A stretch of 63,630 nt of DNA, counting the filler, from Rhizaria sp. SCN 62-66 (Eukaryota): assembly GCA_001724265.1 (NCBI GenBank). It is 3 parts of 3 records of this genome, joined end to end, with 100 filler letters (N's around TTAATTAATTAA, not from the genome) between each part and the next. Parts side by side here need not be neighbours in the genome. Positions count along the whole stretch, not along the records: positions 21,640 to 42,716 come from MEDY01000450.1; positions 42,817 to 63,630 come from MEDY01000453.1; 1 more part is not named here. The stretch is one strand, 5' to 3'. The translations under genes and the position numbers were made by a program. How positions within the stretch are numbered: position 1 is the stretch's first letter; each line of letters opens with the position of its first letter. The notes under the pieces were generated by a model. That model saw only the letters and a list, made by a program, of their open reading frames with translations. It was not told where the DNA came from and did not search any database. Positions 36,201-44,395 of the stretch are shown piece after piece.

Positions 36201-38542
36201 AGCGCGACAAGGCACGCGCGGAGCGGCGGACCGCGCTGGCTGGCGCCGTGCTCGACGGGAAGATGAGCCAGGCAGAGGCCGACGCTGCCGAGGCCGAGGC
36301 GCAGGCGTTCGAGGCCGCCGAGCTCGAGGCTGAGCGCGTGCTGCAGGAGACGCGCGCCGGCGAGCCGCTGCTGCCCGAGGCGACGGGGATGCTGCGCGCG
36401 GACGGCGCACAGGTGTACTACGCCACCGGCGTCAAGGAGTTCGGCGTGGCGTCGATCCCGGGCCGCCACGTGTTCATGACGACGACGGACGCAGCGACGG
36501 GCAAGCCCGTGCCGGTGCGTGTCACCACCGTGCCCGAGTGCCCCGAGAAGGGCGAGGCCGCGACCGTGCTCATGTGGCCGCCCGTGCCCGCGGCGCTGCT
36601 GCCGCTGCCGCCCGGCTCGCACGCCATTCACCCCGTGCTCGACACTTTCACCGGCACTGAGCGGCTCACGCAGGTGCCCTCGAAGCACAAGGAGGAGGCC
36701 AAGATGCAGACCATCGAGCGCGCGGCCTCCATCTCCGTGCCCCTGGCCGGCGCCGCGCAGGGCCAGCAGCAGCAGCAGCAGAAGAAGGGCCCGCCCGCCT
36801 CGCGCAGCGCCGGCAAGGGCGCCTCGGGCAAGGCCCCCTCGAACAAGGAGCAGCAGCAGCAGCAGCAGCTGGGGAGTCGCGGCGGTAGAAACGGCAGAGG
36901 CGTGCCCCCCGCGCTCGCTCTCACCTCCACGGGCCCGCTCGGCTCTATCGAGGAGGCCGAGGAGAGCGCCGCGTCCCCCGCGAACGCCACCGCCTCTGCC
37001 ACTGCTGCAGCGGCCGCAGAGGCGCAGTCACGCTCGCACATCTCGCACCGCCGCGTCGCGAGCATGGGCTACGACATCGCGCTCGCCGCCGCTGCCGCCG
37101 AGGCCGCGGCCGCCGAAAATGCCGCCAACGGCTCTAACCTTAGTCTGTGCATGAGCCTGAGCTCGAGCGCGGTCGTGCCCGCGGGCGCCACGCCGACTTC
37201 GTCCGCGCCGTCGACGCCGGGCCGCAGCGAGGGCGACGCTGCCAGCCACGCGGGCTCGGACGACCGCGACAGAGAGCGCGACAGCGAACGCAAGGCCGCT
37301 GCCGCCGCCAACGTCGCCGCGGCAGCCGCGCGCACCGCAGCCGCGCTGGCCGCCGCCGCAGAGGTCGCCGCCGCCGCGCGCGCTGGCATCGCCGCCGCCA
37401 TGGCCGCTGCCGAGGCCGACGCCGCGGCCGCCGAGGCAAAGCACGTGATCGTGATTCCCTCGCTTGGCCGCACGCTGTTGTCCTCTGCGCTCTCACACTC
37501 GCTGTCCAACTCGCACCTCTCTGTGTCGCAGTCGCTCGCGCACTCGCAGCTGTCGCTGGCGCAGTCGCAGTCGGGCGCGTCCTCCGCGGCCCCCTCGGCG
37601 CCCGCCACGCCCGTCGTCGCCGCCGCGCTCGCGCCGCTGCTGCACTCGCTCCCGCTGCCGCTGCCTTTCCCCCAGTCTCAGTCGCAGCAGCGCACTAGAG
37701 CGGCCAGCTCGCTCGCCGACTCGGCTGCCGACACGCCCGGCCCCTCTGCGCCGGCCTCCGCCGTGCTCGCGCCCGTCCCCGGCTCCAGCCCCGCGGCGCT
37801 CCCCGCGGGTCTGTCCGCGAGCGCGAGCGCGACCGGTTCGCCCGCGCTGCGGTCGCGGCACCCGCTCAAGGGCCGGCCCGACTCGGGCGCCAGCTCGCCC
37901 GCGCTCACGGCCACCGCGGGGGGCTCCGGCGCCGCGTCGCCGGCGCTGGGTCCCATGTTGTCGGCCTCGGCCTCGGGCTCCGCGCTCTCTTCCCTCGCCG
38001 ACTCCGCCGCTGTCGCTTCCGGTGCGTCTGCGGCGTCGCCCGCGTTCGGGTCCATTGCACTCGACGCCGGGCACCACGCCTCGCAGCACCAGCACCAGCA
38101 TCGGCAGCACAGCGCGCTCGCCGCGTACGCGCAGGCGCAGGCGCACTCGCACGCCGACGGCGGCGGTAACACCAGCGCCAACAGCGCGCTGGGCGCCTTC
38201 TACACTCCCGGCAAGGCGTCGTCGCTGCTGCTGTCTGCGCCGCGGTCGAACCGCCGCGTGCGCGCCGCCGGCAGTGCGGTCAAGGCCGGTGGCGGCGCGG
38301 GGCTGAACCCGCTGCTGGACGCCTTCAACCCGCTCTCGGTCGTCGCTGCGGGCGCCTCGCCCACGGTGAATAACACCGGTGCAGCGAGTGGGGACGAGTT
38401 CTCAACCCCGTTTGCGGGCGATGGGAAGAAGACTGTGAGCAGGACCGCTGGAGCTGCGCCGGACGAGCCTGAGCAGGAGCAGGAGCAGGAGGGTGAGAGC
38501 GGGGTCGGGCTGATGGGGATGCTCGGGCTGAGGTTTAACTAA
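33293..38542 (+). CDS. Large low-complexity hypothetical protein (~1749 aa) with a possible N-proximal C2-like domain
   Basis: Uninterrupted GC-rich ORF ending TAA. LRLRANNL...YAVSVLNGRKVAQSAVTLGSSPVYDEVVCFDV resembles C2 beta-strands, but the domain call is tentative. Start at ATG 33293 is assumed. Confidence 0.75.
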   Translation: MSSSQQPPRDIWQLPSVSETSSSLSATTPSRSSSLTNNNNAGSQRDRSATPSRTTTSMMPVEGAPLPMPFNFNSATASAAALSSSSSSSSSSSSSSLSSSSSSSSTSGSSSSFARRRRPHQDDPTMPSWVSSSALQHARLHLRLRANNLVPPEGEMYTYAVSVLNGRKVAQSAVTLGSSPVYDEVVCFDVAYYDRRVPVKAAAARRRSGLPATPLPSSLPPPTLDDLYVVPPEPAPPGVPVAPPALPSASAVRRGTAPAPSKTVVAAAASAAAAENGEDPRDVATDHKFFGGWHRHSEWLATLPIHNALGVVVMTCFDGQEMPYCAVTVPVSMLMHAAFSPPPYQFRMTLSNPLRPDTAKTFLALCASMDVTVTLTQLPSSTAATRLCTVPRPLAMDPLVRALMPYFKGVLVPAAIAPESAALVAAEADLAARRARFAALREELKSELDALAAAEGVELLAVAALPDQEAGFDRTRRGAWSHATKGLANADASTAFVLPTKALDKSAIVNSSGNTGSGGINGGGALMMTPGATPSVSSSSPAAAATALATVTRSTGKASVSAAVTNPHGTLPPPPPPFSEDELARMFATLEPPAARAGPAAPVAAALLAAESAVHELIDARARCYRWWGAGFITDAQELVEERADASRKEFAKLFADIRALQRKRALARKAKKQQNKGKQTQDNDDEEEDPAVLAQAEAFAARLQDLLQAHVEFTAGLGADPSLPSLSAPLPAVASGASDDAFAAQNGFPQTPVNSNSNNSGSSDANNRGRDRERESGASASSGALLPPQSPASARSLTSASPSAARARQWASSASPYLPTPAPSERRRHYLTLPPRCAPLDQRLLWLSQRVRAARDEADAALAALRDNTSEAVRGVPPLGRRVISARRHNRNRTPAQLAEEARFDRLAAAMPPVVASGALMRAPGEVLRAPLLRAAPLRGPLPPAAGDTRYGAESMAKEADQRWRDDVQRDKARAERRTALAGAVLDGKMSQAEADAAEAEAQAFEAAELEAERVLQETRAGEPLLPEATGMLRADGAQVYYATGVKEFGVASIPGRHVFMTTTDAATGKPVPVRVTTVPECPEKGEAATVLMWPPVPAALLPLPPGSHAIHPVLDTFTGTERLTQVPSKHKEEAKMQTIERAASISVPLAGAAQGQQQQQQKKGPPASRSAGKGASGKAPSNKEQQQQQQLGSRGGRNGRGVPPALALTSTGPLGSIEEAEESAASPANATASATAAAAAEAQSRSHISHRRVASMGYDIALAAAAAEAAAAENAANGSNLSLCMSLSSSAVVPAGATPTSSAPSTPGRSEGDAASHAGSDDRDRERDSERKAAAAANVAAAAARTAAALAAAAEVAAAARAGIAAAMAAAEADAAAAEAKHVIVIPSLGRTLLSSALSHSLSNSHLSVSQSLAHSQLSLAQSQSGASSAAPSAPATPVVAAALAPLLHSLPLPLPFPQSQSQQRTRAASSLADSAADTPGPSAPASAVLAPVPGSSPAALPAGLSASASATGSPALRSRHPLKGRPDSGASSPALTATAGGSGAASPALGPMLSASASGSALSSLADSAAVASGASAASPAFGSIALDAGHHASQHQHQHRQHSALAAYAQAQAHSHADGGGNTSANSALGAFYTPGKASSLLLSAPRSNRRVRAAGSAVKAGGGAGLNPLLDAFNPLSVVAAGASPTVNNTGAASGDEFSTPFAGDGKKTVSRTAGAAPDEPEQEQEQEGESGVGLMGMLGLRFN

Positions 38543-39099
38543 CCGCGGTAATGGAATGTCTGTAATCTCGTCTTGAATCCGACTTTCAGATACTACAAGT
38601 ATTTGCTCGCTCTCACGAAGTGCCACTGTCCAATGCTCTGACAACGGCACGTGTGTGTGTTCACACAACTGTGTGCGCGCGTTGTCGAGCCCCGCGACGG
38701 TGACACTTCCAATGGACACCGAATCTCAATACGAATCGCAATGAACTTTATATTATGACCAACAATCTGATTAAGAACGTTAATTTCATAGTGTCTTATG
38801 TTTTCTATTTGTGCTCAATCGAGTCGCTGAGGCTTGCAGCAGACTGCGTGTGCGTAACTGGCTGTACTCATAACGGTACTCACTTGAAGTATCGGACTAC
38901 ACTTGACAAAGCGCATGATAATCATCGTGGCTTCGTCCAATACAAAGAAACTATTCATCGTCTATGTTTCACAATAACTTTGAAATGTCTCATCAAAGTT
39001 ACAACAATCGCAATGAGAAAAAAAGTTTCTGGTGCCCTTAGGGTGACCAGAAAAAAGTTATCTATTAATATTAAAGCAATACTAGGACTTTCTGTCGTG

Positions 39100-41991
39100 T
39101 TAAAAAGATGAGTCACATACAATAATAGGACGACTTGCCTTCGTTACAACATCCTCTGACATGTTTGTTAGGTTGTTGTAATATAAACCAGAAGAGGCAC
39201 GTTGAGCAAACACTAAGTGATCTTGATGATCAACAACAAATGCGAACACATCTTCATCTTTGCTCGACTCAGATTCATCTTCAGCTTCAGTTATGTCACG
39301 CAGTAACAGGATTGGACGCGCAGCATGGCTATTATGCCCACAAAAAGAAACACGCCAACCATCGCGGGTTGCTTGGATTTTGTGTTTTTCTTGATCTGCA
39401 GGTGACAAAACATGTTGTCCTTCTTTGACACTATAATGTTTCTCTCCAACCCTATAACCTCGAACACTCCCACAAGAAAATTGACGGTGAAATCGCACAG
39501 CTTGTCCAGCATGGAGGCCCAGCTGACAAATGCGATCGCGTACTTCAGCAGAGGACGTATAAATTGTCGACATCCTTGTTGAGCTATCGCCATCAGCCTG
39601 CCACACGCCACGTAGAACTTCAAGGCATTGCTCTTGACTTAATAATCGAAACATCCAGGATGGGTAGTCTTTTGCACTACTGATTCGCCGTCGCCATTGG
39701 ACTTGTAAAATTTGTGCGCCGCGTTTGTAGTCTGCTCCGTGAGCATCGTGAAAAAACTTAAACAAACGTTTGTCTCCAATGTGCCAAACTCGATCGATGT
39801 TGTTTTTATCAAGTTTACCTTCCCATTCTGCGATATCAAGCAACTTAAACGCCGATTGCAGTGCCTCAATGTCAGCATCCTTACGTTGCTTGAATCGAAT
39901 CCAACCCATGGGAGCAGCAGATAGTTCGTCAGAGTCAGAGTCAAGAGATTCATATTCACTATACTCATCCTCTTCTTCTTCTTCCTTTACTCTTCCATCT
40001 TCTTCATCTTCTTCTTCATGTGTGTCACGGTCACGATGACTTATACTAGTACATGAAGTCAGAGTAGTACGAGGACTTGAAGGAGTATTCTTGTTGTCAC
40101 GGGAGCCAGACTTTTTACGAAGTGGATACGAAAGTGTACCATCTCCTAAGAAAAAACCATAAACAAACAGTAGCGAAGATACAAGCTACTCATATTTCAC
40201 ACCTTTAATCTAAGCAAGCTCTTCTGAAATACCGAGCGAGCTCATCATAAGCTTGAATTCATTCACTTCAGAATCAGTTATCAAAATACCATTTCGGGCA
40301 AAAGAAAGAAAACGCGCGCACTCAAGTTGGGAGATATCTCTACTCTTAACACGGTTTGCTTTAATCTTTGAAAACGTTGACCATTTGTTATATTTAAGAT
40401 CGCCCTTTCGCGAATGAATTTGTCCATCCCCATCTTTGCAGTTGCGATCTTTTGTGACTGTTGCAGTACCTTTCATCACAAACACGCCTTGATTGGGCGA
40501 AGCCATGAAGGATAAGTAGTTACTATAGGTTGTTAGTGATGATTGTTCTTCTGATTTTAAAGTTGGTATTTTCCCAAAAGCATCTGAAATATCTGGGCTC
40601 CATCGGTCTCGCTCACCTTGACTTGTGATACTTGCAGCGGTCTTGTTGCTTGGGCTGATTTCAGCTGTTTTCAGGAAGTGTACACTGAATGGACGGTACA
40701 TAATGTTCTGAGTCTTAACGTCATAGCACGCAAGTTTTAACGAAGCACTAGCTGCACTTGATACGATCTTAGCAATATCTGACACAAACATAAACCCAAG
40801 ACTAGTTAACAACCTAGTTGACTTGGTGAAGTAACTCTTTGGCAAGACACTCATCCCTTGGTGTCCAAGACTGTGAATAATTGTGTCATCGTCAGAGCTG
40901 TCAGCATCTGATGAGCTCGAGGCAGCTTCAACTTCATAACCTTCATTTTCATGTTTCTGACGAGACCGTCGCGACCTTTTAGCATCCCCAGAAACATTTG
41001 TACCTTCGAGAGATTGCTTCCCTCTTGTGTTTGATAGATGCTGAGGATAAGTATAAACAGGGACAGCGCTTGAGCTCTTCGTCAAGTTCACCTGCACACA
41101 GCTTTGAACACAAAACCGATTTCTTCGAAAAATACAATGACCAACAACAGCAGCTCCACGATGTCTCATACTATTAAGTTTAAGAACAATATACAAACCC
41201 CAATTTGCCGTAAGAACAAAGCCGAAGAGATAGTCTGTTTGACATGCAAGAAAGTTAAAAAATGGGTTATTCTACAGCTATGTTGTTGAACTGTTGTTTT
41301 TCTCACTTAAGTTTACAACGATTAAAAAACTGATACAGACAACGGCTGAAACTAGGTAAACAAGCATTAGCAGTCCTTCAACACTCCACATGAGAAGAAG
41401 AAGGCATATAAATTCAATAATGCAACCAATAATAGTATAGAAATTGATTGACTTCTTGGTGTTGCCTCCTGATACAAAGCTTGACACGCATGATTGTACA
41501 ATATGTGGTGAGTTGGAGTCAGCATCTGGAACGTTGCCGTGCTCGCTAGAGCAGGACATATTAGCATAAGTCCACTGCAGTTGCAACTATGACTGCACTG
41601 ACACAACACTGGTCTTCACGTATGTTGTAGTCAAGGAGCCGTCCAGCGCGAGTGTATGTGAGTCCTTGAGCGTGATGTGGGCATGTTCGAGCGATTCAGC
41701 CGTTGTGTTGTTAAACATTGTCGCGGAATGGCCCATAGACGCTGGCACGCACGCGGACTAAGCGCCAGCTAAGCCAATGAAGCGCAGGAATGTGCAAGCA
41801 GACTCGACGTTGTGCGTCTGTGAAGCATTCGCGTCAACGACACTTGAACTTAAAATTTGGATTGGTGCCATCACAAGCAGAATGGCTACTAAGAGAAGAT
41901 AATGGCTCATCCTAGTAGAATAGGAGGAATGAGAGACCAAGGTCGGGTCAGCATGGTCGGCTTGAAGAATGACTCCACTTGTGATTAACAT
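39100..41991 (-). CDS. Signal-peptide/multi-TM protein fused to a degenerate Hint (intein) domain and LAGLIDADG endonuclease (963 aa from ATG 41991; 936 aa from ATG 41910), 6 in-frame TAG codons
   Basis: ORFs 41758-41991, 41278-41586, 40210-41196 and 39100-39909 share one frame. The only interruptions are TAG at 41758, 41587, 41278, 41272, 40210 and 40186, with no TAA/TGA in 2.9 kb of AT-rich DNA. Intein block A-like YFTKSTRLLTSLGFMFVSDI; LAGLIDADG motifs LLFVYGFFLGDG and LEVLRGVWQADG; block H-like IYTSSAEVRDRICQLGLHAG; F/G-like VFAFVVDHQDHLVFAQRA...ASRPIIVCDS. Ends TAA. Confidence 0.8.
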
Positions 41992-42352
41992 TGTAAGCTT
42001 AACAGTGTACCACAGATGACTTAAACAAAAAATATTTCAAGTAGTTCATCATATAATAAACGACAACATCGCAAAAATCATCGGGTTAGCGAATATACGA
42101 GTCTTACTTAGGACTAGTATGATTGTGGAGACAGAAAAGTGGGTCCGTCCCACGGTCGAATTCTCACTTGCGGTAAGTGGTATTGTAAGCTTGTCACTAG
42201 TCACCACAAATCCACCTTTAGCTTGTGGCCTCGAACTGACTGCAGAGCTTTGCGAATTATATTATTTTTTTTAAAATTAAAAAAAAAAAAAAACACTGGG
42301 AGAGCATTTTTTAATGCATCCAGACGAAAATACGTCCAGACAAAAATATATA

Positions 42353-42426
42353 TGCGGATTCCGTGATTTGAACACGGGACCTTACGATCTTCAGTCGGAC
42401 GCGCTCCCAGTCTGTGCCAAATCCGC
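42353..42426 (-). tRNA. tRNA-Phe (GAA), copy 1
   Basis: GCGGATT TG GCAC AGACTGGGA GCGC G TCCGA CTGAAGA TCGTA AGGTC CCGTG TTCAAAT CACGG AATCCGC A. Perfect acceptor and T stems, GAA anticodon, downstream T5 Pol III terminator. Confidence 0.9.
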
Positions 42427-42516
42427 TTGTTGCTGTTGCTGCTGCACAACACACTTTGGTACGTAGATGTACGTAGCGATGTACGAGCTGATGGAGTGCA
42501 AATTGACAAAAATATA

Positions 42517-42590
42517 TGCGGATTCCGTGATTTGAACACGGGACCTTACGATCTTCAGTCGGACGCGCTCCCAGTCTGTGCCAAATCCGC
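42517..42590 (-). tRNA. tRNA-Phe (GAA), copy 2
   Basis: Identical to copy 1; followed by TATATTTTT. Confidence 0.9.
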
Positions 42591-42648
42591 TTGCGTTTAC
42601 ATCTACAATCAGAAGCAAAGAAGCAACGAAACAAGATGCAAAAATATA

Positions 42649-42716
42649 TGCGGATTCCGTGATTTGAACACGGGACCTTACGATCTTCAGTCGGACGCGC
42701 TCCCAGTCTGTGCCAA
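42649..42716 (-). tRNA. tRNA-Phe (GAA), copy 3, 5' end cut by the spacer
   Basis: Identical to copies 1 and 2 up to the N run. Confidence 0.85.
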
Positions 42717-42816
42717 NNNNNNNNNNNNNNNNNNNNNNNNNNNNNNNNNNNNNNNNNNNNTTAATTAATTAANNNNNNNNNNNNNNNNNNNNNNNNNNNN
42801 NNNNNNNNNNNNNNNN
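42717..42816. other. Artificial contig-joining spacer (N44-TTAATTAATTAA-N44)
   Basis: Same 100-nt structure as 21540-21639. Confidence 0.95.
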
Positions 42817-43995
42817 GACGTAGCCGCCGCCCGCGCCGCCGCCGCCGCCGCCGCCGCCGTCGTCGTCGCCGGCTGCCACGCCCGACTCGTCCGCGTCGTA
42901 GAAGGCGCGCGCCGCGCGGCGGTCTGCGGCGCGGTCCAGCGCGCGCGACATGCGGCCGCCGCGAGAGGAGTTGGACCCGCGGCTGCTGCCGTCTGCGGTG
43001 TATGCGTTTTCGTCGTTATGGTTGTTGTTAAGAGCGGCGCTCGTGACTTGTTTGCGGGTGAGGGTCGACAGCTCGTTATCAGCAGAGCTAGAGCTAGAGC
43101 TAGAACTAGAGCTGTTCGCGGCCTCGTTGGTTGCAGAGACAGCGGCAGCGGCCGCGGCGGCGCGCTGCGCGAAGCGGCCAGTCAACACGCCTGCACCTGC
43201 CCCTGCACCGGCACTGACGTTCGTATTGACCCTGGCGTTGGCGCTTGAGCTGGAGCTGGAGCTCGAGCTCGAGGGAGCACTGTGCTGTCGCTGATATGGA
43301 TGGGAGTGCGAGTGTGACGGTTGAGGGGGCCGGTCGGGGGCAAAGCCGCCGAAGCTGCGGATGTTCCCGCCGCGCACGTGGCCAGAGCTGCTGCTGCTGC
43401 TGCTGTTATTGTTGTTGTTGTTGTGGTGGTGGCTGTTGGCACTGGTAGCAGGAGCAGCAGTGTACTGAGGCTGTTGCTCCTGGGGCTGCGCCTGTTGGCC
43501 CCAGCGGGAGCCAGAGCCAGAGCCCGAGCCAGAGGCAGAGTGAGAGCTCGAGCTCGAACTAGAGCCGGAAGCTGAGTTTTCCCAACGATTGTTGCGCTCG
43601 CGGTCACGGTCATTCCGCTCACGGTCGCTGCGCTCACGGTCGCTGCGCTCACGGTCGCTACGGTCGCGCTCGCTATAGCCGCTGTAGCTGTAGCTGTCGC
43701 GGCCGCGGTCGCGGTCCCGCTCACGGTCGTGGTCACGGTTGCGATCGCGGTCGCGGTCGGTGCCGCGGTCGCGGTCAGCGAAAGGCCTGCTGTCGCGACT
43801 GTCCCTGTGGCCGTCGCGGCTATCACGGTAGCTGTCGCGGGGCGGAGAGCGGCGGTCGCGGTCGCGATCATGGTGACTGCCGTGGTCACGGTCACGATTG
43901 CTGTCACGGTCTCGGTCGCGGTGACTGTCGCGGTCGCGGCGTGAGCTGTCGTACGAGTCAGAGCGGCCGTGGCGGTCGCGCTCGTAGCTGCTCAT
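42817..43995 (-). CDS. RD/RS-rich protein N-terminus, 3'-truncated; possibly a Prp16/DHX38-like splicing helicase
   Basis: Long Arg/Asp/Ser dipeptide region with ERSDR repeats. ADRRAARAFYDADESG loosely resembles the Prp16 N-terminal DR.WY..DEG motif. No helicase core is visible before the gap, so the CDS is likely but its identity is weak. Confidence 0.6.
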
Positions 43996-44395
43996 CAAGA
44001 GGGCAACGCGGCGCCGGCCGTGCGGGGGCGCTGAGAGGTTGGTGCGGGGCTAGGTAAGGGGACTGCGGTGGGCGCGATGAAGCAATGTTTATGGTGGAAA
44101 AGGGGCACGACTAAAAGAGTGTCAAAAGAGGGGGTAAAGAGAGGCGGTGGAGGAAATAAAGTCAGATTTAAAGTAAAATGTAACATTTAATACAGAAAAG
44201 GCAACAGCAGCGTGTTTGACGAAGACAATGATTACCGGATTCAATTTGAAGTCAGAGCTCGCTCCGCAAGATCCAGCCAGCCGTTGCGGTGGGTAGTGTC
44301 GTTGGGGGGTCGTGATCAACCAACTTTGAACAGGCCAATCTCGCTACACATCCGTTTCCGTCTTTTGATTTTGTGACCAAGACATACCGTTTGCG

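Noticed and set aside
42353-42426. Possible suppressor tRNA explaining UAG read-through
   Set aside because: The anticodon loop is CT-GAA-GA (Phe). I found no CUA-anticodon tRNA in this window.
42353-42716. Identical repeats with unique spacers resembling a CRISPR array
   Set aside because: The repeats are 74-nt cloverleaf tRNA-Phe genes with Pol III terminators. There are no cas genes and the context is eukaryotic.
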